Source of the DNA: an uncultured Gemmatimonadaceae bacterium | Lineage (GTDB): Bacteria > Gemmatimonadota > Gemmatimonadetes > Longimicrobiales > Gaopeijiaceae | DNA: 59,706 bases | Assembly (NCBI GenBank): GCA_964464555.1 | Contig: CAYXGM010000007.1 | Coordinates: forward strand, 1 to 59,706 | Direction of reading: 5' to 3' | Part shown: positions 48,146 through 57,851 of the stretch, one piece after another | Numbering within the stretch: the stretch's first letter is position 1 | Layout of the letters: every line of letters starts with the position of its first letter | Notes under the pieces: model-generated | Told to the model about the DNA's origin: nothing | Databases searched by the model: none | What the model saw: the letters and a program-made list of their open reading frames with translations, nothing else | Program-made: the position numbers and the translations under genes

Positions 48146-50542
48146 TCATCCCTTGAGTCGAATGATGGTCACGCCGGCGCCTCCCTCCCCGTGGAGGCCC
48201 AGCCGGTACTCCTCCACCCGGGGGTCCCGGGTCAGGATCTCCGCCACGCGCTCCCGGAGGGCTCCCGTTCCCTTTCCGTGAATGATGCGCATCTGTCCGA
48301 GCCCCCCGAGCACGGCCCGGTCCAGGGCCCGGTCCACCTCGATACCCACCTCGTCGACCCGGTACCCCCGAAGGTCCACCTCCGGATCCGCTTCGGCCTC
48401 GGGCCCCTGCCAGGTGGAGGCCTCCTCCTTCTTGCTTTTCCTGGCCTCCCCACTCCTTTCCTCATGGGAGCTCCGGAAGACCAGATCGGCCAGGGGAACC
48501 TGCATACGCAGCCCCCCGGTCTCCACCACCGCCCTCCCTTCCCGGATCTCCACCACCCTTCCCCTGGCTCCCGTCTCGGCCAGGCTCACCCGGTCCCCCG
48601 GCGAGAGGTCCGCCGGAGCCGGGGCCGGCTTTCTGGGGCTCGGTTTCTTCTCCCTCTGCCGTCTGGCCGCCTCCTCCACCTTCCGCCGGGCCCTGCGACT
48701 CACCTCGTCCAGGGCATCCTCTTCTTCCAGACCCTCCTCCGCCGCCGAGCGCACGTCCCGGATGGCCTCCTCCACCTCCTGCCTCGCGTCCAGGAGGAGC
48801 CGCCTCGCCTCTTCCCGGGCACGAGACTCGGCGGTCACCTCCCGCTCCTCGAGCTCCTCCTCCCGTGCTTTCAGCTCCCTCCTCAGGCGGGTGACCGTCT
48901 TCCGCTCGGCCTCCAGGGAGGCCACCAGCTCCGAAGCTTCCTTCTCCTTTCGTTCCAGGGTGGCCAGGAGCTCCTCCATCCGCGCTTCCTCCCGGGGGAG
49001 GTGCCCCTCGGCCCGGTCCAGAAGCTCGTCCGGAAAGCCCAGGCGCCTGGCGATGGCCAGTCCGTAGCTCCGTCCCGGCCGTCCCTTCTGGAGCCGGTAG
49101 GTGGGCTCGATACGGTCCGGGTCGAACTGGAGGGAGGCGTTCACGATCCCGCTGCCGGGAGTGTCAAGCCGCTTCAGCGCCCCCAGGTGGGAGGTCACCA
49201 CCGCCAGGGTGCCCCGATCCACCAGCTCCTCCAGGATGGACCGGGAGAGGGCCGCTCCCTCGCCGGGATCCGTTCCCGTCCCCATCTCGTCGATGAGCAC
49301 CAGGGCATCGGGCCCCGCCTCCAGGACGATCTCCTTCAGGTTTTCCAGGTGGGCCGAGAAGGTGGAGAGGTTCTCGGCGATGGACTGCTCGTCACCGATG
49401 TCCGCGAACACGTCGGCGAACACGGGGAGTCGGGTCCCCTTCCCCACCGGGGGGATGATCCCCGCCTGGGCCATGGTGGCCACCAGCCCCAGGGCCTTGA
49501 GAAAGACGCTCTTTCCCCCCGTGTTGGGTCCCGAGACCACCAGGGCCCGCTCCCCGGGGTCCAGGCTCAGGTGAAAGGGGACCACCTCTCCCTCCTCCCG
49601 GGCCAGAAGAAGGGGATGCCGCCCGGCCACCACCGCCAGCTCCCGGGTTCCCCGGGGAAGGAGGGCGGGGGCCCTTCCGTCCCAGGCCATGGCCGTCTTC
49701 GCCCGGGCATGGAGGGTGTCGAAAACCACCAGCGCCTCCTGGCTTCCCTGAAGGCCGGCTCGAATCGGCGCCAGGGCCTCGGTTTGCTCCCGTAGGATGG
49801 CATGGATCTCCCGGGTCTCGTCCCGTTCCAGCTCCCTGAGCTCGGCCGTGAGCTGAAGGGCCAGGGGCGGCTCCACGAAGACGGTGGCGCCGGTGGCGGA
49901 TTCGTCCAGGACCACGCCACCCACCTCCCCCCTCCCCTCCCTTCGCACCGGGATCACGTACCGGCCCTCCCGGATGGTCACCGAGGCGTCGGGCACGAGG
50001 ATCCGGTCCGGGAGGGAGGCCAGGAGCTTCTCCAGGGCCCGGACGATCCCCTTGTGGGCCCGGTTGAGGCTGGCGCGAATCCGGGCCAGTTCCTTGCTGG
50101 CCGAGTCCAGGACGGTTCCGTCCTCGTCCACGATGCTCCGGATCCTCTTCTCCATGCCCCGATCCTCGTGGAGAAGGTCCAGGAGAAAGAGGAGGGCATC
50201 CAGCTCGCCCCGTTCCTCGGAGAGGGCCTTCCTCAGCTCCCGGCCGGAGGTGAGGAGGCGGCCCAGGTCCCTGAGCTCCACGGCCTCCAGGACGTTTCCG
50301 TCCAGGGCCAGCCGGTCCAGACCCGCCCGGGCATCGGGGATGTACGGCACGGCCCAGTCCCGGTTCCTGTTCAGGAGGGAGGCCATCTCCTCCACCCGGG
50401 CCAGCTCCACCTGAATGGTCTTCCGGTTGGTTCCCGGCTCCATCTCCAGGATCCGCTCACGCCCCAACTCGCTCATGGCCCGCCCCCCCACCAGATCCAG
50501 CACCTCGGGGAACTCCAGGACCCTCAGGGCATGGGCGTTCAC
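48146..50542 (-). CDS. mutS2: endonuclease MutS2 (MutS domains plus C-terminal Smr)
   Basis: Walker A GPNTGGKSVFLK. Smr domain ...VDLRGYRVDEV...IIHGKGTGALR... Proposed GTG start at VNAHALRVLEF. The track ORF extends to 50734. Positions here may be off by about 1 nt (see summary). Confidence 0.85.
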   Translation of the reverse strand: MNAHALRVLEFPEVLDLVGGRAMSELGRERILEMEPGTNRKTIQVELARVEEMASLLNRNRDWAVPYIPDARAGLDRLALDGNVLEAVELRDLGRLLTSGRELRKALSEERGELDALLFLLDLLHEDRGMEKRIRSIVDEDGTVLDSASKELARIRASLNRAHKGIVRALEKLLASLPDRILVPDASVTIREGRYVIPVRREGRGEVGGVVLDESATGATVFVEPPLALQLTAELRELERDETREIHAILREQTEALAPIRAGLQGSQEALVVFDTLHARAKTAMAWDGRAPALLPRGTRELAVVAGRHPLLLAREEGEVVPFHLSLDPGERALVVSGPNTGGKSVFLKALGLVATMAQAGIIPPVGKGTRLPVFADVFADIGDEQSIAENLSTFSAHLENLKEIVLEAGPDALVLIDEMGTGTDPGEGAALSRSILEELVDRGTLAVVTSHLGALKRLDTPGSGIVNASLQFDPDRIEPTYRLQKGRPGRSYGLAIARRLGFPDELLDRAEGHLPREEARMEELLATLERKEKEASELVASLEAERKTVTRLRRELKAREEELEEREVTAESRAREEARRLLLDARQEVEEAIRDVRSAAEEGLEEEDALDEVSRRARRKVEEAARRQREKKPSPRKPAPAPADLSPGDRVSLAETGARGRVVEIREGRAVVETGGLRMQVPLADLVFRSSHEERSGEARKSKKEEASTWQGPEAEADPEVDLRGYRVDEVGIEVDRALDRAVLGGLGQMRIIHGKGTGALRERVAEILTRDPRVEEYRLGLHGEGGAGVTIIRLKG

Positions 50543-50687
50543 AGGCGCCCCCCCGGTGATCCTCTCTTCGGGCCCGGGGTGGAGGGCCGTGGAAAGAGCC
50601 TCCCCCTGCCCCAAAATAGAGGACGGGCGCCGGCCCGTCGGCCAGCGCCCGTTCCCGGACGTACGCGGAGGGAGGCGAGGGCTCCCA

Positions 50688-51128
50688 TCACCGGGCCAAC
50701 TCCTCCCGGACAATTCGATTGGCCTCCTTCCCATCGAATCGTCCCTCGAGCCGGGGCATGAGCCGGCCCATGACGGGGCCCAACTCCCGGGGACCCTCCG
50801 CCAGGATCTCCCGCACCATCTCCCGCACCTCCTCTTCCGAAAGGCCTTCCGGGAGATAGGCCGAGAGGATCTCGGCTTCGGCTTCTTCCTTTTCGGCCAG
50901 CTCCGACCGTCCCCCTGACCTCATCTGATCGGCCGCCTCCTTCCGGCTCTTGACGGCCTTCGTCAACACGGAGATGACCTCTTGGTCATCGGCCTCCGTC
51001 CCGGCATCGATTTCCCGGTTCCGGAGCTCGGAGAGCGTGGTGGAAAGGACCAGGGTGCGAAGCTTGTCCCGGTCCTTCCTCGCCGTATTCAGGTCCGCCC
51101 GAAGACGGGTTTTGAGGGCGCTGCTCAA
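50688..51128 (-). CDS. GatB/YqeY domain protein
   Basis: Full-length YqeY pattern (...RDKLRTLVLSTTLSELRN...LSAYLPEGLSEEEVREMVREIL...). Confidence 0.75.
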   Translation of the reverse strand: MSSALKTRLRADLNTARKDRDKLRTLVLSTTLSELRNREIDAGTEADDQEVISVLTKAVKSRKEAADQMRSGGRSELAEKEEAEAEILSAYLPEGLSEEEVREMVREILAEGPRELGPVMGRLMPRLEGRFDGKEANRIVREELAR

Positions 51129-51199
51129 GGTGGACGACCTCCTTGAAAGGGTGGATGGAAGCTACCCGGAGCCCACGGGGCGGTCAACGACGGGAGGCA

Positions 51200-51550
51200 T
51201 CAACCCGGAGGCCACTCCATGGATCGGCCTCCCAGGAGGTGGAGGTGGATGTGAAAGACCGTCTGCCCGGCATCGGCGCCGACGTTCACCACCATCCGGT
51301 AGCCCCCCTCCCGGATCTCCTCCTCCTCGGCGAGCTCCCGGGCCATGAGAAAGAGCTTGCCCATGATCCCGGCGTCCTCCGGGGCCAGATCGGACACCGA
51401 GGGAATGTGTTTCCGGGGGATGATGAGGATGTGGGTGGGAGCCTGGGGGTTGATGTCCCGGAAGGCCACCACGTCGGGCGTGCTTCGAACGATCTCTGCC
51501 GGGATCTCCCCGTCCGAGATTCGACAGAAGAGACAGGTTGAGTCGGACAA
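51200..51550 (-). CDS. histidine triad (HIT) family nucleotide hydrolase
   Basis: HIT motif HIHLHLLGG. The N-terminus (M)SDSTCLFCRISDGEIPAEIV is canonical if translation starts at a TTG preceded by GAGGAGGA. The 160-aa track ORF would add an atypical extension. Confidence 0.75.
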   Translation of the reverse strand: MSDSTCLFCRISDGEIPAEIVRSTPDVVAFRDINPQAPTHILIIPRKHIPSVSDLAPEDAGIMGKLFLMARELAEEEEIREGGYRMVVNVGADAGQTVFHIHLHLLGGRSMEWPPG

Positions 51551-51778
51551 CGAATCCTCCTCTGAAAAGGTCGGGTCGGGATCCCCGGGATCATGGCCCG
51601 AAGAAGGGGTCGGATGCAATCCCGGGGGGCATGTGGGAATGGGACAGAATCCGTCCCCGGACCCCATGGGATCGCCCGGCATACGGACCGATCATGGGAC
51701 TCCGACACCCGGTGGGGTCCCCGGAATCCGGCCAGGGCCGCGCCGGGAACCCGGCCCCCACGAACAAGGAGGACGACC

Positions 51779-52231
51779 ATGGACGGATGGGTGAGCGCCA
51801 CCCGGCGCATCCTGGCCAGGGCACCGACCCGAGCCCTTCCCCTTACCCTGCTCATGGAGGAGCTCAAAGCCGACGGCTCCCCCGTGGAGGGCCGGGAGGA
51901 GTGGCTCCTGCAGATCCTCCGGAACCACCCGGACACCTTCGTCATCCTGGCCGGACGGCTGGGCCCCTGGGCCCGCTCCTCCACGGACCCCTGGATCATC
52001 CTCCTGGAGGATCCCCCGCCGGCGTTCAGCTCCATGGAGCGGGGGCTGCGCCGTCTCCAGGCCGGGCTCCGGGCCTGGGGCAGGACGCTGGACCGGGGCT
52101 CCCAGGCCGCCGTGGCCCGGTGGATCCGGGGAACCCGGGAGATGGAAGGGACCCTGCGGACCCTCATGGGCGGGGAACCGGAGGGCTGCGACGGTGCTCC
52201 CCTTCACCCCCGTTCCGGGAGACGATCCTGA
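51779..52231 (+). CDS. hypothetical protein (about 150 aa), plus strand
   Basis: ATG preceded by AAGGAGGA at 6-nt spacing (MDGWVSATRRILARAP...). No family recognised. Its 3' end overlaps the prmA 3' end convergently by about 27 nt. Confidence 0.5.
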   Translation: MDGWVSATRRILARAPTRALPLTLLMEELKADGSPVEGREEWLLQILRNHPDTFVILAGRLGPWARSSTDPWIILLEDPPPAFSSMERGLRRLQAGLRAWGRTLDRGSQAAVARWIRGTREMEGTLRTLMGGEPEGCDGAPLHPRSGRRS

Positions 52232-53142
52232 CCGGCCCGGGCGGAGGGCAGACCGAAGGCCCCGGACCACCACTCCCCCTCCTCGTCGTCGCCCTCGTGG
52301 GTGAAGCCCGTCCCGGCGGCAGCCTTCAGGACCTCGGCCCGCTCCTCCCGGAGGCTCCCGCTGAGGAGAAGCCAGCCCCCGGGACGGAGCCCGGCCAGGA
52401 AGGCGGGGAGGAGGGGGAGGAGAACCGTCCGCTGGATGTTGGCCATGATCCCGTCGGCCGGGTCCGGACAGAGGGGGGCGCCCGGCTCCACCATGCGTCG
52501 GACGATCCGGACCCGGCCGGCCACCCCGTTGATCCTCACGTTCTCTTCGGCGGCCTGGCACGCTGATGGGTCCACCTCCAGGGCCAGGGCCTCCCCGGCG
52601 CCCAGGAGGACGGCGGCGATGGAGAGGATACCGGAGCCGGCTCCCACGTCCACCACCCGGTCCCCCTCACGGATCCGCTCGTCCATGAGCCGGAGGCATC
52701 CCCGGGTGGTGGGGTGTTCGGCGGTCCCGAAGGCCACGCCCGGATCCAGGGTCAGGAGGACCTCACCGGCCTCGAGGACCGGCGGGTCCCAGGAGGGGGC
52801 CACCACCAGGCGGGAGGTGACACGGCGGGGCCCCAGACCCTCCCGCCAGATCCGGTCCCAGTCCTCCTGGGGTTGCCAGCGCCAGCGGACCTCCAGGTGC
52901 ATCCCGCCGGTGGCCTCCTCCAGGCGGCGCCGGGCCCGGGCCGCCGTTGCATCGGGATCCTCGGGAGGTTCCAGATAGGTGGTGAAGGTCCCGCCCTCCT
53001 CTTCCACGCCCCGTCCCCCCAGCTCCAGGAGCGCCTGGGGGATCAGCTCCTCGGGAAGGGAGGGGTCGGGGTCACCGGCGGTGGGTTCCGCCGGGCACTC
53101 CGGGAGAGACACGGAGAGGGCGAGCCAGCGGTCGGGGAGCAT
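52204..53142 (-). CDS. prmA: ribosomal protein L11 methyltransferase
   Basis: ...GTAEHPTTRGCL... and the SAM motif VVDVGAGSGILSIAA. Confidence 0.85.
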   Translation of the reverse strand: MLPDRWLALSVSLPECPAEPTAGDPDPSLPEELIPQALLELGGRGVEEEGGTFTTYLEPPEDPDATAARARRRLEEATGGMHLEVRWRWQPQEDWDRIWREGLGPRRVTSRLVVAPSWDPPVLEAGEVLLTLDPGVAFGTAEHPTTRGCLRLMDERIREGDRVVDVGAGSGILSIAAVLLGAGEALALEVDPSACQAAEENVRINGVAGRVRIVRRMVEPGAPLCPDPADGIMANIQRTVLLPLLPAFLAGLRPGGWLLLSGSLREERAEVLKAAAGTGFTHEGDDEEGEWWSGAFGLPSARAGQDRLPERG

Positions 53143-53169
53143 GGGGGTCGGGAGGGGCTCGGGAGGGGC

Positions 53170-54324
53170 TCAGGAGAAGGCTTCCTTCACCCTCGACCAG
53201 AAGCCGCCTCCCCCCTCCTCGCCCGCGTTCTCGGGCGGAGCCTCCTCCACCTCCCTGAGCTGCTCGAGGATCTCCTCCTGCTCCCTGGTGAGCCTGCGGG
53301 GAATCCAGACCTTGACCCGCACCAGCTCGTCTCCCCGGCCCCGGCCATGAAGGCCCGGCAGACCCTGCCCTCTCAGGCGGAGAATCTCCCCGCTCTGGGT
53401 ACCGGGAGGAATGGTGAGGCGAACCTTCCCGGTGACGGTGGGCACCTCCACCTCGTCGCCCATGGCCGCCTGGGTGAAGGTCACCGGGAGTTGATAGAGG
53501 AGGTTCTCTCCATCCCGCACGAAGCGGGGATCGTCCTTGACCTCCAGGAGGACGACGATGTCTCCCCGAGGCCCTCCCCTGGGGCCCGCATTCCCCTGCC
53601 CCCGGAGGGTCAGGAAGTTCTCCGAGCTCACGCCTGCGGGGATCTCCACTTCCACTTCCTGCTCCGTCCGGACCCGGGTGTCCCCTTTGCACGCCGGACA
53701 GGGTTCCTCCACCATGCGTCCCTCCCCGCCGCAGACCCGGCAGGGGCCCACCGACACGAACTGGCCGAAGACGGAGCGTTGCACTTGCCGCTCCTCGCCG
53801 GTTCCTCCGCAGTTACGGCAGGGGACCGGCGAAGTCCCCGGCGCCGCTCCCGTTCCCCCGCACTCCTCGCACGGATCCAGGAGCGCAACCCGGATGTTCT
53901 TCTTCACCCCCGTGACCACCTCTTGCAGGGTGAGGGGCACACGGGCCCGGACGGTCTGGCCCCTGCCCGGCGTCTGCCGGCCGCCTCCTCCCCTCCGCCC
54001 ACCGAAGACCTCCTCGAATCCGCCGAATCCCCCGAAGTCCCGCATGAAGACTTCGATGGCGTCGGCGAAGTCGAAGCCTCCGAAGCCCGCGCCACCGGGG
54101 CCTCCTTTGAGACCTTGCTCCCCGTAGCGATCGTACATGGCCCGCTTCTCGGGGTCTCTGAGAACCTCGTAGGCCTCCGTGACCTCCTTGAACCGCGCCT
54201 CGGCTTCCTTGGAGCCGTCGTTCCGGTCCGGATGGTACTTCAGGGCCAGCTTCCGGTACGCCTTCTTCACCTCTTCGGCGCCGGCATCCCGGGAGATCCC
54301 CAGACGTTCGTAGTAGTCAGCCAT
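53170..54324 (-). CDS. dnaJ: molecular chaperone DnaJ
   Basis: J domain with HPD (KYHPDRN). Gly-rich linker. Four CxxCxGxG zinc-finger repeats. Confidence 0.9.
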   Translation of the reverse strand: MADYYERLGISRDAGAEEVKKAYRKLALKYHPDRNDGSKEAEARFKEVTEAYEVLRDPEKRAMYDRYGEQGLKGGPGGAGFGGFDFADAIEVFMRDFGGFGGFEEVFGGRRGGGGRQTPGRGQTVRARVPLTLQEVVTGVKKNIRVALLDPCEECGGTGAAPGTSPVPCRNCGGTGEERQVQRSVFGQFVSVGPCRVCGGEGRMVEEPCPACKGDTRVRTEQEVEVEIPAGVSSENFLTLRGQGNAGPRGGPRGDIVVLLEVKDDPRFVRDGENLLYQLPVTFTQAAMGDEVEVPTVTGKVRLTIPPGTQSGEILRLRGQGLPGLHGRGRGDELVRVKVWIPRRLTREQEEILEQLREVEEAPPENAGEEGGGGFWSRVKEAFS

Positions 54325-54414
54325 TCCCCATATACCTTGGGGCCTTCCGTTCCCGCGCGTTCCTGCCGGGAGGGAGGACCCCCGTCAATCCGTCGATGTT
54401 GGTCGAGCCTAGTC

Positions 54415-55470
54415 TCAGGAGCCCAGAATCCGGTTTACCAGGGACGAGGTGGAATCCACGATGGCGATGACCTTGTGGTAGGGCATCCGCGTGGGTCCGA
54501 TGATCCCGATGACCCCCTTCAGGCCCCCGATGTGGTATTCCGCCGTCACCAGGGTGAAGTCCTCCAGCTCCTCCTCGGTGTTTTCCCCCCCGATGGTGAT
54601 CCGGAGCCCCTTCTGGTGGTTCCGGTCCGAGAGGGCCCGGCTCAGGAGCTCCCGTCTCTCGGTGAGCTCCAGGAGTCGCTTGAGCCGCTCCCCGGAGGTG
54701 AACTCCGGCTGTGCCGCAAGGAGGCTGGTCTGGCCCAGGAGGATCTCTCCCTGCTCCAGGTCCGGCCAGTTGAAGAGATCCGAGCCAGACTCGATGAAGA
54801 TGTTCAGCAACTCTTCGGCCGCCGACGTCTCGTCGGGCCGGGCGTCCCGGAGCCGCTCCGGGAGGGTCTCCCGGATCTGCCGGAGGGTCAACCCCGCCAG
54901 GCGCTCGTTCAGGAGGAGGGTGAGAGCCGCCAGCGTGTCCTCGGGGATCTCCCCCTCGAAGTCCACATAGAGGGTCCGGACCAGTCCGCTCCGGATGGTG
55001 GCCACCAGGAGCACTTTGTCGGCGGAGACCTTCATGAGCTCCAGCTTCTCCAGAACGGCCTCGTCCAGCCGCGGGGCCAGGCCCACGCCCAGCTCCAGGG
55101 AGAGAAGGCTCAGGGCCCGCGCCGCCCTGCGAATGAGGCGTTCCACTCCCGTCGCCCCTCCGGCATCCAACTCCCGGATGAGCTGGGTCTCCTCCTCGGG
55201 GCTCAGACCGGGCATGCGGATGAGCTGATCCACATGGAAGCGATAGGCCTGATCCGTGGGCACCCGGCCGGCGGAGGTGTGGGGATGGGAGAGGTACCCC
55301 TTTTCCTCCAGGTCGCTCATGGTGTTGCGGATGGTGGCCGGGGAAACGCCCAGCCCGCTGATGCGGGCCACGGTGCGGCTCCCCGCCGGCTCCGCCGTTT
55401 CCACGTAGGCCCGCACCACGGCCTCCAGAACGCGGATTTCCCGGTCCGTGAGGTCGTGATCCACCTGCAT
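54415..55470 (-). CDS. hrcA: heat-inducible transcriptional repressor HrcA
   Basis: ...LTDREIRVLEAVVRAYVETAEPAGSRTVA... (winged-helix N-terminus) and the HrcA C-terminal domain. Start may be the upstream MMMKK (55497). Confidence 0.8.
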   Translation of the reverse strand: MQVDHDLTDREIRVLEAVVRAYVETAEPAGSRTVARISGLGVSPATIRNTMSDLEEKGYLSHPHTSAGRVPTDQAYRFHVDQLIRMPGLSPEEETQLIRELDAGGATGVERLIRRAARALSLLSLELGVGLAPRLDEAVLEKLELMKVSADKVLLVATIRSGLVRTLYVDFEGEIPEDTLAALTLLLNERLAGLTLRQIRETLPERLRDARPDETSAAEELLNIFIESGSDLFNWPDLEQGEILLGQTSLLAAQPEFTSGERLKRLLELTERRELLSRALSDRNHQKGLRITIGGENTEEELEDFTLVTAEYHIGGLKGVIGIIGPTRMPYHKVIAIVDSTSSLVNRILGS

Positions 55471-55500
55471 GACGCGTCCGGTCTTCTTCATCATCATGGC

Positions 55501-56691
55501 TCAAGAAGATCGAAGCGGCCCCGATGCACCGTCAACCCACGAAGCGCTTCCTTCATCCCAGGCCTCATCCAGTTCCACGGTCAGGCGGTCGAGCCGAAGC
55601 CATCCCCGGGGGGTGAGGGCGAGGGTGTCCTCCTCCAGTCGGGCGAGGCCCTGTCGCTGCCAGGCCCGGGCCCGGCGGCGGACCGCTTCAGGCGCCCCCT
55701 TCAGGGAACAGCCCCGTGCCGAGCGCAGGCCCAGCCAGAGGCTCTCCATCCGGGTCTGCTCCGGGGTCAGCACCTCCTGGCCCTCCACCGGGGTGCGACC
55801 CGCTTCGACCGCTCTCTGGTATGCGTCCCAGCCCCTCAGGTTCCACCGCCGAAGGGGGTGCAGGAAGGAGTGGGCGCCGTTGCCAAGCCCTACATACGGG
55901 CGAAGCTCCCAGCAGGCCAGGTTGTGCCGCGCCTCCCGGCCGGGGAGAGCGAAGTTCGAAACCTCATAGTGCCCATAGCCGGCCGTCGAGAGGAGTTCCG
56001 TCGCCTTCAGGTACTCGTCCCGGTAGCGTTCGTCGGAGCAGGGCGTCAGCCTTCCGGCCCGAACGTCCCGGCCCAGGGGGGTACCCGGCTCCACCGTGAG
56101 CCCGTAGAGGCTCAGGTGGGGCACCTCCAGGGCCAGGGCCCCCTCCAGCTCCAGGCGCCAGTCCCGCTCCACCTCGTCGGGGAGGCCGAAGATGAGGTCC
56201 AAGCTCAGGTTTTCGATCCCCGCCTCGCGGGCCCGGGCCACCGCCCGGCTCGGCTCCTCGGCGCCGTGGATCCGCCCCATCCAGCCCAGCACCGAGGGCT
56301 GGAAGCTCTGAGCTCCCAGGCTCACCCGGGTCACGCCGGCGGCCCTCCATCCCTCCGCCACCTCCCGGGTGAAGGATTCGGCGTTGGCTTCCCCGGTCCA
56401 CTCCAGGCCGGGAGCCTTCAAGCGCCCGGGACCCAGGACCGCGGCCAGGCCGGCCATGGCTCCCGGCCCCAGGTAGGACGGCGTACCTCCCCCCACGAAA
56501 AGGGTGTCGAAGGAAGAGGCGACGGGAATCCGGCCCTCGTCCAGGATCCCCCACCACTCCACCTTCAGCGCCTCCAGCCAGGCCTCCGGGTCCGGGGAGG
56601 CCGTCACCGCGACGGCAAAGTCGCAGTAGCCGCAGCGGCTGGGACAGAAGGGGGCGTGGACGTAGAGGGAGGTCGCTGCGGCCGCAGTCAT
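55501..56691 (-). CDS. hemW: radical SAM heme chaperone HemW (HemN-like)
   Basis: Start at MTAAAATSLYVHAPFCPSRCGYCDF (CxxxCxxC radical-SAM motif). The ATG overlaps the dprA stop (ATGA). Confidence 0.85.
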   Translation of the reverse strand: MTAAAATSLYVHAPFCPSRCGYCDFAVAVTASPDPEAWLEALKVEWWGILDEGRIPVASSFDTLFVGGGTPSYLGPGAMAGLAAVLGPGRLKAPGLEWTGEANAESFTREVAEGWRAAGVTRVSLGAQSFQPSVLGWMGRIHGAEEPSRAVARAREAGIENLSLDLIFGLPDEVERDWRLELEGALALEVPHLSLYGLTVEPGTPLGRDVRAGRLTPCSDERYRDEYLKATELLSTAGYGHYEVSNFALPGREARHNLACWELRPYVGLGNGAHSFLHPLRRWNLRGWDAYQRAVEAGRTPVEGQEVLTPEQTRMESLWLGLRSARGCSLKGAPEAVRRRARAWQRQGLARLEEDTLALTPRGWLRLDRLTVELDEAWDEGSASWVDGASGPLRSS

Positions 56692-57851
56692 CCCACGCCG
56701 TCCTGCCTGCGAAAGCGGAGCCCCGGACACTGGACCGCCCACCCTCCCAGCTCCAGGGCCAGAAGACCCGCCAGGACCCGCCCCGAATCCAGCCCGGCCT
56801 CCCGGGCCAGCGTTTCCGCCGTCCTGGGCTCGGTGGAGAGTCCGGCGAAGAGGGGACGCAGCTCCCGGGGAACCGCGGCCTCGGACCTCGCCCCCTCCCC
56901 GGCGCCACCGCCCCCTTCCCTCTTCAGATCCGGGAACAGCTCCCCCACCACCGGGAGGATCGCCTCGGGATGGGGGACGGCCCGGGCCCCGTCACCCAGG
57001 AGGGCATTGGTGCCCCGGGCCAGCGGGCTCTCCACGGAGCCGGGAACGGCGAAGATCTCCCGGCCCAGATCCAGGGCGTGGTCCACGGTGATGAGGGCGC
57101 CGCTCTTCTCTCCGGCCTCCACCACGACCACCGCCCGGACCAGGGCAGCGATGATCCTGTTCCGCCTGGGGAAGTGATGGGGGAGGGAGGCCTCCGGCGG
57201 AAGGAACTCGGACACGAGGAGGCCCATTTTCCCGATCTCCCGGGAGAGACCCCTGTGGGAGGGGGGATGCACCCGGGCCAGCCCCGAGCCCAGGACGGCG
57301 AGGGTGTCGCCCCCCACGGCCAGGGCCCCCCGATGGGCCGCCCCGTCGATCCCCAGAGCCATCCCGCTCACCACCGTCACGCCCGCCTCCCCCAGCACCC
57401 TCCCCAGCGCTTCGGCGGTCCTGCGGCCCACCTCCGTGGCCCGCCGAGCGCCTACAACGGCAACGGCGGGCCGGTAGAGGAGATCTTCCCGGCCCCGAAG
57501 AAAGAGGAGGGGCGGCGGATCGACCAGATCGTGCAGGACCGCCGGATAGTCCGGGGAGGTCATGGGGAGGATCCGGTAGGCGCCCCGATCCCAGGAGGGC
57601 AGGTCCTCGGCAGGCGCATGGACCCGCCGTCCCTTCCGGACCTTTTTCCGGAAGGCCTCGGGTCCTCCCTGGCGCCGGAAGGTGGCCAGGGCCGCCTCGC
57701 CCGTGCCGCAGACGTCCACCAGCTGCCGGATGCCCCGGTCCCCCAGCCCCGGCACCCCCTTCAACTCCAGGAAGGCGTCCACCTCGGCCTGCAGAAAGGC
57801 GTGGTCCTCTCGCTGGGGCGGGGAGCCGCCGGCTACTCCGGCACCCACCAC
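56688..57851 (-). CDS. dprA: DNA-processing protein DprA (Smf)
   Basis: HhH-like LKGVPGLGDRGIRQL. Rossmann-like DprA core ...VVSGMALGIDGAAHRGAL... and ...VVVEAGEKSGALITVDHAL... Proposed GTG start (GAGGAA upstream) overlaps the obg 3' end. The 588-aa track ORF is an upstream extension. Confidence 0.8.
   Translation of the reverse strand: MVGAGVAGGSPPQREDHAFLQAEVDAFLELKGVPGLGDRGIRQLVDVCGTGEAALATFRRQGGPEAFRKKVRKGRRVHAPAEDLPSWDRGAYRILPMTSPDYPAVLHDLVDPPPLLFLRGREDLLYRPAVAVVGARRATEVGRRTAEALGRVLGEAGVTVVSGMALGIDGAAHRGALAVGGDTLAVLGSGLARVHPPSHRGLSREIGKMGLLVSEFLPPEASLPHHFPRRNRIIAALVRAVVVVEAGEKSGALITVDHALDLGREIFAVPGSVESPLARGTNALLGDGARAVPHPEAILPVVGELFPDLKREGGGGAGEGARSEAAVPRELRPLFAGLSTEPRTAETLAREAGLDSGRVLAGLLALELGGWAVQCPGLRFRRQDGVG

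Noticed and set aside
54325-55560. CIRCE (HrcA operator) search around hrcA/dnaJ
   Set aside because: I found no TTAGCACTC-N9-GAGTGCTAA-like inverted repeat by eye. I do not report one.
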